Assembly (NCBI GenBank): GCA_964461595.1
Contig: CAYWVB010000023.1
Span: 3,340 to 67,339, forward strand
DNA: 64,000 nt
Source of the DNA: an uncultured Terrimonas sp.
Lineage (GTDB): Bacteria > Bacteroidota > Bacteroidia > Chitinophagales > Chitinophagaceae
Reading direction: 5' to 3'
Part shown: piece by piece, positions 46,548 through 55,404 of the stretch
How positions within the stretch are numbered: position 1 is the stretch's first letter
Layout: every line of letters begins with the position of its first letter
Position numbers and translations under genes: made by a program
Notes under the pieces: generated by a model
What the model was told of the DNA's origin: nothing
Seen by the model: only the letters and a program-made list of their open reading frames with translations
The model's database searches: none

Positions 46548-46605
46548 ATGTCCCGCAGATCGTGCAGTCCTTCCGCCAAAGGAGGGAGCGCAGTCTGCGG
46601 GACAT
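46548..46605. repeat. Strong intergenic hairpin (12-bp perfect outer stem plus 7-bp inner stem)
   Basis: ATGTCCCGCAGA at 46548-46559 is the exact reverse complement of TCTGCGGGACAT at 46594-46605. Inner TCCTTCC can pair with GGAGGGA through one G-U pair. It sits between the SusD stop (46442) and the next ATG (46705). Confidence 0.6.
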
Positions 46606-46704
46606 TTATGCGAATGTATTTACCTTAGCCATCCGGGCTGCAGGATGATTTACCCGGCTTTTATATGATATAACACCAGGCAAACAGCAAGGGAAAACAT
46701 TTTT

Positions 46705-48012
46705 ATGGAGACGATGAAATACAGGCTACTTATTATTATCGCTTTTGTGTGCGCAGGAACGGCTGCCGCTCAAAGCAAACGCAGGCTTGCACAGGAAATC
46801 CTTGCCGACAAAAAGCTGGACACCGTCAGCCTGATGGCAGAACGTTTGCTGGCAAAAGGCTTTACGGCGGGAGATGGTTACCCGCAGGTTTGGATCAGAG
46901 ACCTGAATACGTTTATTGAAACCTCCTGTAAAGTGTACAGTATTGACACCATCAGGAAAAACCTCCTTACCTTCTATTACCTGCAGCAACCCAACGGCGA
47001 AATAGTGGATGGCTATGTATTGACAGGACATGTGACCTGGGATGATCCTAATATTTACACTTCGGCATTAGACCCGCTGCATGTAGGGTTTAAGAACACC
47101 GTAGAAACCGACCAGGAAACCTCCCTCATACAGGCATTTGGAAAATATATCAGCATAACGGGCGACCGGTCGGTTTTGCAGGAAATGATTGGCGGGAAAA
47201 CCGTTTTGGAAAGAATGAAAGCCTCCGTTGACTACCTGCTGCAGCACCGCTTTGCTGAAAAATACCGGTTGCTGACCGGCGCTACCACGCAGGACTGGGG
47301 AGATGTACAGATTGAAGGAGGTGCAACGGTTGACGTTGATAGTAACACGCATTGGGCAATAGACGTGTACGATAATGCCATGTTCGTACTGGCATTGAAT
47401 GACCTGGCTGCATTTTCAGATAACGCTGCTGAAAAAGAGCGGTGGCTCCGGTTAAAACAACTCACGGAAAACAATATACGCAAATACCTTTGGGACGATA
47501 AGCGGTGCAAATTTATCCCTCATGTATACCTTAAGGATTCGCCTTTCCCGGCTTCATTTGTTGAAAATCTCATCTGGTTTCACGGCGGCACTGCCATCGC
47601 TATAGAGGCAGGGCTTTTATCAAAAAAAGAAATCAGGAAAACAAATCATCAGATGCTGGAAAATGTAAGGCAGTCCGGCGCCCCGTCAATCGGGCTAACC
47701 GTTTATCCTCCTTACCCGGAAGGTATTTACAAAGGTTCTGACGTTTCAAAGCCATACATCTATCAAAATGGTGGCGACTGGACCTGGTTTGGCGGGCGTA
47801 TGATACAGCAACTGGTTGCTCATGGTTTTGTACAGGAAGCATACCATGAAATGCAGCCGATGATTGACCGGGTATTACGCAATAAGAAATTTTATGAGTG
47901 GTACAGTGTTGACGGGAAGCCGCAGGGAAGCGGTGATTTCAGGGGTAGCGCCGGCGTGCTGGCAAAAGCCATAGCGATGCTGCGCGCCTGGGCAGAAGAA
48001 AACAGCAGGTAA
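46705..48012 (+). CDS. Secreted six-hairpin glycosidase-like protein, paralogue of 31586-32875
   Basis: 435 aa with a signal peptide. It shares long identical blocks with the first copy: VWIRD, KNTVETDQETSL, TGATT.DWGDVQ, SNTHWAIDVYDNAMFV, GGTA.AIEAGLLSKKEI, YQNGGDWTWFG.RMIQQL and FYEWYSVD.KP.GSG.FRG.AGVL. Confidence 0.55.
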   Translation: METMKYRLLIIIAFVCAGTAAAQSKRRLAQEILADKKLDTVSLMAERLLAKGFTAGDGYPQVWIRDLNTFIETSCKVYSIDTIRKNLLTFYYLQQPNGEIVDGYVLTGHVTWDDPNIYTSALDPLHVGFKNTVETDQETSLIQAFGKYISITGDRSVLQEMIGGKTVLERMKASVDYLLQHRFAEKYRLLTGATTQDWGDVQIEGGATVDVDSNTHWAIDVYDNAMFVLALNDLAAFSDNAAEKERWLRLKQLTENNIRKYLWDDKRCKFIPHVYLKDSPFPASFVENLIWFHGGTAIAIEAGLLSKKEIRKTNHQMLENVRQSGAPSIGLTVYPPYPEGIYKGSDVSKPYIYQNGGDWTWFGGRMIQQLVAHGFVQEAYHEMQPMIDRVLRNKKFYEWYSVDGKPQGSGDFRGSAGVLAKAIAMLRAWAEENSR

Positions 48013-48016
48013 GGAT

Positions 48017-50779
48017 ATGGCAACCGGCTTCACCAGTAAAATTATTATGAGGATGAAAGCATTAAAACTAATGTTCTTTTTAATGTTACCCGCCCTGCTG
48101 CAGGCGCAGATCAGCGCCGTTAATGCCGGGAAGGGAACAGCCAACAATACGGTTACCGATATCGTCATTGTGTTTCAAATGCATTTTGACATCGGGTACA
48201 CCGATTGGTCAGATGGCGTACTGCAGAAATATGCCGGCCCGATGCTGGAAAAAACGCTGAACTTTATAGACCAGACTGCATCGCTGCCCCGGAGCGAACA
48301 ATTTGTGTGGACGCTTCCTGCCTGGCCCCTGCAATATATGCTTGATCATTGTGCTCCTGCTGATAAGCCGCGGTTAGAAAAGGCAATTAAGGAGCAGCGT
48401 ATCATTCCATTAGCAACACCGTTTGATGTGGAAACAGAAGCGAGCGACATGGAAAATCTTACGCGAGGATTGTCGTTTTCAAATAATATCAATCACCGCT
48501 TTGGACTGAAACTCTCCAGGGACGCCAAGTTTACCGATGTGCCGGAACATTCGTGGTTCATTCCCACTTTATTTAAAAATGCAGGCGTGGATATTCTGCA
48601 TATAGGCTGTAATGCCGGCTCGGCTTCTCCCGATGTTCCTACTTTGTTCTGGTGGCAGGGGCCCGACGGTTCAAAGCTGCTCACCTTTTACTGGGCAAAA
48701 TATTACGGTTCGGGAGTTTTACCGCCCGAAGACTGGCCGCACAAAACATGGCTGGCCATGATCGCCACGCATGAAAATACAGGAGCGCCTGATCCCGAAG
48801 AGGTAGCGGCTGTATTAAAAGAAGCCAGGGAAAAAATGCCCCATGCGCGCATACACATTGGCAGGCTTTCCGATTTTTACGATCTGCTGATGAAGGAAAA
48901 TCCCAAGCTGCCGGTTGTTAAAGGCGATATGCCCGATACGTGGATACATGGCTTTATGTCAATGCCTGAAGAGGTAAAAACCAATAAAATTTTTCAAAGA
49001 GAAACCTATCTTACCGAACAACTGAATACCCAGATGAATGTATGGAAAGGGAAAAACCTTTCCATAGATAAGTATATCAACAAGGCTGCAGAAAATATGT
49101 TGCTTTTTGATGAACATACTTTTGGCGGAGCTATTTCCCACGGGCATCAGCTCTCCTGGAAATATGGCGATGAATTTGATATTAACAGGGCTGAAGGCAA
49201 TTATTACTTCCTGGAAAAATCGTGGCAGGAAAAAGCAGCCTATACAAAAATAGCCGAAGGACAAATTTGGCCAATCAAACGGAACCTGCTTTTTCAGTTG
49301 GTGAAATCCGTGAAAGAGAAATCACCGCACGTTACCGTTTACAACGCTTTGCCCTGGCCAAGAAGCGGGCGTGTAAAATTGTTTGAGAGCTATTATGAAA
49401 ACGACGGGCATCCGGTGCCGCCGATCAATGCCGTAAAAGATATGGGAACCGGTAAAATTATTCCTGCATATCAAGACCACAATTTGCTTTCTTTCGATGC
49501 AACAGAAATTCCCGCCGGCGGATACAAGACTTTTCTTGTATTGGATACCAATCTTGCAGTGGCTTCAACAATGCAGGCAGATAAACAACGCAATATTTTT
49601 GAAAATAAATATTTTAAGCTGACCATCAATCCCGAAACCGGAACATTGCAATCTGTTGTTGACAAACAAAATAATCGGGAATTAGTGGATGCTGAAAGCA
49701 AATACGCTTTTGGCGAATATGTGTATGAGCAATTAGGACAAAATGATGTTGCGGCATACAACAAAAATTATGTTAAGCCCGGCAATGATTGGGCATATCC
49801 TGAATTTATAAGGCCGAAGGAACAATTACCTAACAAAGAAACCTTGCGGTTCTTTGGCAAATGTAACAAAATTGAATGGCTGGAAAATAAAGGCATGATA
49901 CGAGCCACGGCTATGTGCCGGTTGAACGACAGCAGCGCACAGCAATATCTGGTCAGCTATAGCCTGTATGAAAACGAGCCTTATATTGAGATCACCATAG
50001 GAATAAACGGAAAGAAAGGCATACCCAATCCTGAAGCCGGATGGATGGCATTTCCGTTTGCTTTGAATAAACCGGAGTATCGTTTGTTGCGGACAGGCGG
50101 TATCGTAGATCCGCAAAAAGACCTGGTCAGAAATACCAATCACGACTTTTACTTTTTGAATACGGCAATGGCCATGTATGATGCGGACGGAGGTATCGGG
50201 CTGAATTGCCCGCACACACCCGGGATAAGCATAGACCGGCCGGGGATCGGGAAATTTTCTCCCGAAAGAACGCTTTCTACGGGCACGGTGCTATCCAATT
50301 TGTATAACAATGTTTGGGGCACCAATTTTACAGAATGGACAGACGGCTCACATGCTGCAAAGTTTTATATCTGGAGCTATAAAAGCTATAATGCAGGATC
50401 GTCGCTAATAACGCCGGCAGAAGAAACACGCACACCGCTATCTGCAGCTTTTTATGCTCCTACCGGGTTGGTGTATGCTTATAACTACGAAACCACAGGA
50501 GCATTACCCAATACGCAAAGCGGGCTTGAGCTGGACCGTAAGGGAGTGCTGGTGACTTCCTTTAATAAAAAAGGCAATGAATCGGTCATCCGTTTTTGGG
50601 AAGAAGCCGGCAGTGCCGGAACCTGTACGGTAAAGCTGCCGAAGAATGTTTCCTGTAAAAAAGCATACCTGTGCGATTTAAGAGGGCGCCTATTGGATGA
50701 TAAAGGCATTCCTGTTCTGAACAATTCTTTTTCATTTGAGATCGGTGCCAATCAGCCGCGGACCTTTATACTGAAATAG
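48017..50779 (+). CDS. GH38-like alpha-mannosidase, paralogue of 23652-26327
   Basis: 920 aa. The likely start is ATG 48047 or 48053 (MRMKALKLMFFLMLPALLQA). IVFQMHFDIGYTD and FTDVPEHSW correspond to the HxD and D..(G/E)H regions of the first copy. LFWWQGPDGSKLL matches LFWWEGADGSKIL. Confidence 0.62.
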   Translation: MATGFTSKIIMRMKALKLMFFLMLPALLQAQISAVNAGKGTANNTVTDIVIVFQMHFDIGYTDWSDGVLQKYAGPMLEKTLNFIDQTASLPRSEQFVWTLPAWPLQYMLDHCAPADKPRLEKAIKEQRIIPLATPFDVETEASDMENLTRGLSFSNNINHRFGLKLSRDAKFTDVPEHSWFIPTLFKNAGVDILHIGCNAGSASPDVPTLFWWQGPDGSKLLTFYWAKYYGSGVLPPEDWPHKTWLAMIATHENTGAPDPEEVAAVLKEAREKMPHARIHIGRLSDFYDLLMKENPKLPVVKGDMPDTWIHGFMSMPEEVKTNKIFQRETYLTEQLNTQMNVWKGKNLSIDKYINKAAENMLLFDEHTFGGAISHGHQLSWKYGDEFDINRAEGNYYFLEKSWQEKAAYTKIAEGQIWPIKRNLLFQLVKSVKEKSPHVTVYNALPWPRSGRVKLFESYYENDGHPVPPINAVKDMGTGKIIPAYQDHNLLSFDATEIPAGGYKTFLVLDTNLAVASTMQADKQRNIFENKYFKLTINPETGTLQSVVDKQNNRELVDAESKYAFGEYVYEQLGQNDVAAYNKNYVKPGNDWAYPEFIRPKEQLPNKETLRFFGKCNKIEWLENKGMIRATAMCRLNDSSAQQYLVSYSLYENEPYIEITIGINGKKGIPNPEAGWMAFPFALNKPEYRLLRTGGIVDPQKDLVRNTNHDFYFLNTAMAMYDADGGIGLNCPHTPGISIDRPGIGKFSPERTLSTGTVLSNLYNNVWGTNFTEWTDGSHAAKFYIWSYKSYNAGSSLITPAEETRTPLSAAFYAPTGLVYAYNYETTGALPNTQSGLELDRKGVLVTSFNKKGNESVIRFWEEAGSAGTCTVKLPKNVSCKKAYLCDLRGRLLDDKGIPVLNNSFSFEIGANQPRTFILK

Positions 50780-50894
50780 AATTTTTCAAAGCATATGTTG
50801 TGTTAGAAAAATAAGAAAGGGATAACATTTTTTTGAGTTGAGCCAGTAGTTAAACGCCAAATAAAACCGTTTTTAATACAATTAAATACAAAAG

Positions 50895-51866
50895 ATGAAA
50901 GAGTCTTTAGATACTATTGATCTGGCACAATACGGAACCCCGGTATCACAGCTATTCAGGCAGCCTGTTGCTGCGGAAGAATGGGAGCCGTATATCCTGG
51001 ATAAGGAGCAGGTGCAGTTTTACGAAGCGAATGGATTCCTTTCGGGGATTAAAATACTTTCGGATGAGCAGGTTGACTGGCTCAACAAAGAGCTGGAGAC
51101 CCTGCAAGCCATCAGCGGGGAAGGAAGGAAATTGTTTTATCACTATGAAAGTAACGAATCTGAAAACCCGGATAATGTGCTGTTTCATGCAATCGGCGGA
51201 TGGCGGGTAACGCCGGGATTTCATGATCTCATCTGGAGCCCTGCTTACCGGATGGCGGCTTACCAGTTGCTGGGCAGTCCGTTCCGGTTATTCCATGATC
51301 AGTTGTTTTGTAAGCCTGCCAGGCATGGCGGCGTTGTGGCCTGGCACCAGGACTTTTCTTACTGGACCTTCACAAAGCCTATGCACCATCTTACCTGCTG
51401 GATTGGGTTGGATGATGCCACTAAGGAAAACGGCTGCCTGTATTATATTCCCGGCAGCCATAAATGGGGATTGCTTCCCGTCACCGGGCTTGCAGGAGAT
51501 ATGGATGCCGTAAGGAGTGTACTGACCGATGAACAGAATAAAGTTTTTGATAATAAAGTGGCCAATGAGTTGTCCCGCGGGTATGCAAGCTTTCATCACC
51601 CGCTGATGATGCACGGTTCTTACGCCAACTACTCCGAAAGACCCCGCAGAGCCGTTGTGCTGAATGCGATGGAAAGTCATACCTTCGGCAATACAACGGG
51701 CTATGCACGTATGGATGCCCTACGCAGTTTTCCCCCGATGCCGCAGGATCAGCTACTTGACAGCCATTTCTTTCCCCTTTTGTTTGGTGCGGATGAAACC
51801 ATGGCGTTGCTGAACCGCGATATCCCTAAAGTAAATGCCGCTGCCTTATATAACCTGAATAAATAA
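50895..51866 (+). CDS. Phytanoyl-CoA dioxygenase (PhyH)-family Fe(II)/2-oxoglutarate oxygenase
   Basis: 323 aa with no signal peptide. WHQDFSYW carries the HxD iron ligands. Other blocks are YIPGSHKWG and SFHHPLMMHGSYANYSERPRRA. Confidence 0.8.
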   Translation: MKESLDTIDLAQYGTPVSQLFRQPVAAEEWEPYILDKEQVQFYEANGFLSGIKILSDEQVDWLNKELETLQAISGEGRKLFYHYESNESENPDNVLFHAIGGWRVTPGFHDLIWSPAYRMAAYQLLGSPFRLFHDQLFCKPARHGGVVAWHQDFSYWTFTKPMHHLTCWIGLDDATKENGCLYYIPGSHKWGLLPVTGLAGDMDAVRSVLTDEQNKVFDNKVANELSRGYASFHHPLMMHGSYANYSERPRRAVVLNAMESHTFGNTTGYARMDALRSFPPMPQDQLLDSHFFPLLFGADETMALLNRDIPKVNAAALYNLNK

Positions 51867-51872
51867 ATAAAA

Positions 51873-53228
51873 ATGAATAATGCAGATCAACATATAGCCG
51901 TTAATAAAAAATTCATCCTGCTGGTGAGTTTTGTTGCCGCTTTGGGTGGCTTACTGTTTGGGTTCGATACGGCTATTATATCAGGCGCCATCCCCTATAT
52001 AAAAGAGTTCTTTAACATGGATGAATATGTGCTGGGCTGGTCGGTCAGCTCTATTCTTATCGGCTGCGCGGTAGGCGCACTACTGGCAGGAAGGATAGCG
52101 GATCTTTACGGGCGGCGCAGTTCCTTAATTATATGTGCGGTATTGTTTGCCGTTTCAGGTTTGGGAGCCGGGCTGGCCAATCACCTGTCCGTGTTTATTG
52201 CATTCCGGTTAATTGGCGGACTGGGTGTAGGCGCAGCGGCAATGGTTTCACCTATGTACATTGCCGAACTGGCGCCGGCGCATCTGCGGGGCCGGCTGGT
52301 AGCCTGCTATCAGCTGGCTATTGTATTTGGTATCCTGGTGGCATATATGGTGAATTATATTCTGGATGACTGGGGCGCCAACAACTGGAGGTGGATGTTC
52401 GCTTCCCAGGTCATCCCGGCTGTTGTCTTTCTTCTTTTATTGTTGCTGGTGCCCGAAACACCCCGCTGGTTAATAATGAAAGGCAGGGAACAAAAAGGCA
52501 GGGCTGTGCTGGAAAAAATAATGGAGGGCCCTGTGGTAGATACTGAAATGGTGCAGATCAGGAACAGTTTCAGAAACGAAGGTCATACCATAACCCTGTG
52601 GCATTTGTTTAAGAAACCTTATAGCAAGGTATTATTTATAGGTATTATTACAGCCGTTTTTCAGCAGGTTACCGGAATTAATGCGATCATTTATTATGCG
52701 CCCGTCATCTTTAAAGAAACAGGTATAGATTCTTCTTCTTCCCTGCTTCAGACCATTGTGATCGGTATTGTAAACATCATCGCCACGTTTGTGGCTATCG
52801 GGCTCGTGGATAAAATAGGCAGAAAGAAATTATTGTTAGCGGGTAGTTTTTCAATGGGTATATCGCTGATCGCCATAGGTCTCTGCTTTCACTTTAATTA
52901 TTTTGAACATTACCTGGTATTGATTTTCATGCTTCTTTATGTGGCCTCTTTCGGCTCCACTCTGGGTGCAGTGGTTTGGGTGTACCTTGCCGAAATATTT
53001 CCCAACCGCATAAGAAGCCTTGCCTTGTCTGTGGCAACGCTGGCCTTATGGCTGGCCGACTTTGTAGTAACGCTGAGCTTCCCGATCATGGCAAAAGAGC
53101 TGGGCACTTCGTTCACCATGATCTGCTACGCCGTATTGTGCGCAGCGGCATTTATTTATTTCCTGGTAAAAATAAAAGAAACGAGGGGAAAGACGCTTGA
53201 AGATATTGAAACTTTATTCAGCAAATAG
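51873..53228 (+). CDS. Sugar-porter-family MFS transporter (sugar:H+ symporter)
   Basis: 451 aa and multi-TM. Sugar-porter signatures are GRIADLYGRRSSL, VPETPRWL and IKETRGKTLEDIE. Confidence 0.88.
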   Translation: MNNADQHIAVNKKFILLVSFVAALGGLLFGFDTAIISGAIPYIKEFFNMDEYVLGWSVSSILIGCAVGALLAGRIADLYGRRSSLIICAVLFAVSGLGAGLANHLSVFIAFRLIGGLGVGAAAMVSPMYIAELAPAHLRGRLVACYQLAIVFGILVAYMVNYILDDWGANNWRWMFASQVIPAVVFLLLLLLVPETPRWLIMKGREQKGRAVLEKIMEGPVVDTEMVQIRNSFRNEGHTITLWHLFKKPYSKVLFIGIITAVFQQVTGINAIIYYAPVIFKETGIDSSSSLLQTIVIGIVNIIATFVAIGLVDKIGRKKLLLAGSFSMGISLIAIGLCFHFNYFEHYLVLIFMLLYVASFGSTLGAVVWVYLAEIFPNRIRSLALSVATLALWLADFVVTLSFPIMAKELGTSFTMICYAVLCAAAFIYFLVKIKETRGKTLEDIETLFSK

Positions 53229-53301
53229 CTGAGAATTATTTTACATGACCGGAATATTACATAACAGATACAGATAATAAAAGACAGATTAAAACTATTG
53301 T

Positions 53302-55029
53302 ATGAAAGGATATAATAAGCGGCCCTGCATTCACACTGATGGCTTTATACGCCAGGGCTGGGCGCAGGTACTGGAAGTAATGGAAACAGCATTGCAGCAA
53401 AAGGATCTTCTTGTGGTGGATTGCTATACCGGCGTTTATGCCGGAAAGATCGCAGCGCAATTAAAGAAGCTGCCGGCTACTTTACGGATAGAAACACAAG
53501 CGTTATTTAAAAGTGAAGAAGAGATCAGGGCTATGACAGCCCCCTATATTACCGATGACGAATTGTTTGGCTACATGACCTCCCTGAGCTTAAGTGATTA
53601 TTTTGATGAAGAAAAACTGGATGCCGCACGCAGCGCAATTGCAAAGCATAGGGGAAAGGTTATTGTTTTTGGACCGGGGGCGGGAATGATTGCTTCCGGC
53701 GGCATTACGGTGTATGCCGATATGCCCCGGTGGGAAATACAAATGCGTATGCGAAAAAATGAGGTTTGCGGGCTGGGGGTAAATGACCGGCAGGAGTATA
53801 TTGCAAGCCAGTATAAAAGAGGACTGTTCAACGACTGGAAAATTCTGGACGCGCATAAGCAAACCCTCTATAACAGGGTGGATTACTGGCTTGATACCAC
53901 CAGCCACGAAACGCCCTGCATCATTGATCAGTCCACTTTTTTTTCAGGCATGAATAAAGCGGCATCCGGTCCCTTCCGGGTAGTGCCCTTTTTTGATCCG
54001 GCTCCCTGGGGCGGACAATGGATGAAAGAAGTTTTCGACCTCGACCGTTCGGCAGTCAATTATGGATGGGGCTTTGATTGTGTGCCCGAAGAAAACAGCT
54101 TACTCTTTTGCATAGGAGGCGCCGAATTTGAAACGCCCTCTATCAATCTCGTATTTTTAAAGAGCAGGGAATTATTAGGAGCGCATATTGTGGCAACCTT
54201 TGGAAAAGAGTTCCCGATCCGTTTCGATTTTTTAGACACGATGGACGGAGGAAACCTGAGCCTGCAGGTACATCCCACAAAAGAATTTGCCCGCAAGGCC
54301 TTTGGCATTCCATACACCCAGGACGAAAGCTACTATATGTTAGATGCCGGGGAAGATGCTTTTGTTTACCTGGGATTGAAAACAGGCGTTGATAAAAATG
54401 CGTTGCTCAGCGATCTGGAAGCATCGGTGGATACGCAAAAGTTTGATGCAGACAAGTATGTCAATAAAATCCCGGCAAAAAAGCATGATCATTTCCTGAT
54501 ACCGGCCGGGACGATTCATTGTTCGGGGAAAAATTCGATGGTGCTGGAGATCAGCGCCACGCCATTCCTGTACACCTTCAAGTTGTGGGACTGGGACAGG
54601 CTTGGCCTGGATGGCCGCCCGCGGCCGGTTAATATTGAAAGAGGAAAGGAAGTACTGAACTGGCAAAGAGATACCGGCTTTACACACAATGAACTGGTAA
54701 ACCGGTTTACTGTATTGCAGTCGGGCGACGGCTGGACAGAGGAACGGACAGGGTTGCATGAGCTGCAGTTCATTGAAACAAGAAGACATACATTTACCAG
54801 GGCGGTGGAACATAAAACAAATGACACCGTCAATGTGCTGAACCTGGTAGAAGGAGATGCCGTAGTAGTGGAAAGTGCGGAAGGCGCGTTTGAGCCGTTT
54901 GTGGTGCATTACGCCGAAACATTTATTATTCCGGCCGGTATAAAAAAATATACGATAAAGCCTTACGGAAGTTCGGAAGGGAAAGCGTGTAAGACCATTA
55001 AGGCGTATGTCCGCGCTGATTTTCAATAA
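53302..55029 (+). CDS. Class I mannose-6-phosphate isomerase-like cupin protein with ~200 aa N-terminal extension
   Basis: 575 aa. PMI-type blocks are PAPWGGQWMKE, NLSLQVHPTKEFA, ESYYMLDA and HFLIPAGTIHCSG. I do not recognise the N-terminal third. Confidence 0.7.
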   Translation: MKGYNKRPCIHTDGFIRQGWAQVLEVMETALQQKDLLVVDCYTGVYAGKIAAQLKKLPATLRIETQALFKSEEEIRAMTAPYITDDELFGYMTSLSLSDYFDEEKLDAARSAIAKHRGKVIVFGPGAGMIASGGITVYADMPRWEIQMRMRKNEVCGLGVNDRQEYIASQYKRGLFNDWKILDAHKQTLYNRVDYWLDTTSHETPCIIDQSTFFSGMNKAASGPFRVVPFFDPAPWGGQWMKEVFDLDRSAVNYGWGFDCVPEENSLLFCIGGAEFETPSINLVFLKSRELLGAHIVATFGKEFPIRFDFLDTMDGGNLSLQVHPTKEFARKAFGIPYTQDESYYMLDAGEDAFVYLGLKTGVDKNALLSDLEASVDTQKFDADKYVNKIPAKKHDHFLIPAGTIHCSGKNSMVLEISATPFLYTFKLWDWDRLGLDGRPRPVNIERGKEVLNWQRDTGFTHNELVNRFTVLQSGDGWTEERTGLHELQFIETRRHTFTRAVEHKTNDTVNVLNLVEGDAVVVESAEGAFEPFVVHYAETFIIPAGIKKYTIKPYGSSEGKACKTIKAYVRADFQ

Positions 55030-55138
55030 TACTACAGGGACGGGAAATAGTTGTCACTGTAAGATTGCCTGCTGGCACAATGGAATAATTACAGTAATGG
55101 CAGAATAGATCTTGTGTAGTAAATCAATATACAACCAA

Positions 55139-55283
55139 ATGAAATTCAAATACACGTTATTATGCCTCTGCATTATCGTGGGATCACAATTTTTCTCGCA
55201 AAAAACAGCCCGTTGATTATGTTGATGCCGATCGCCTTAGTACGTGTCTCACGTACCATCGCCAGGAATTTTTCTTAAGTTAA
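55139..55283 (+). pseudogene. Possible 5' stump of a secreted glycosidase (GH92-like N-terminus), frameshifted
   Basis: ATG 55139 gives MKFKYTLLCLCIIVGSQFFSQKTAR-stop, which is signal-peptide-like. Shifting +1 at the A6 run (55200-55205) gives KKQPVDYVDADRLS.... Compare PADYVDTRIGTAHS and FTQYVDPAIGTAHC at the starts of the GH92 cores in this window. Confidence 0.3.
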
Positions 55284-55404
55284 CGGGTATGGTGTCTTAC
55301 TGACCGGGAAGTTGTATCTGGAGCAAAAAATTGAAATACACCCTTTCAGTTTGCTTAAAGAAAATTTAATATATCTTTATAGCATGCCATAAATTCAAAT
55401 TGGG

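Noticed and set aside
54340-55026. 228-aa minus-strand ORF
   Set aside because: It is antisense to the PMI-like gene, which has clear cupin motifs on the plus strand. It has no domain features.
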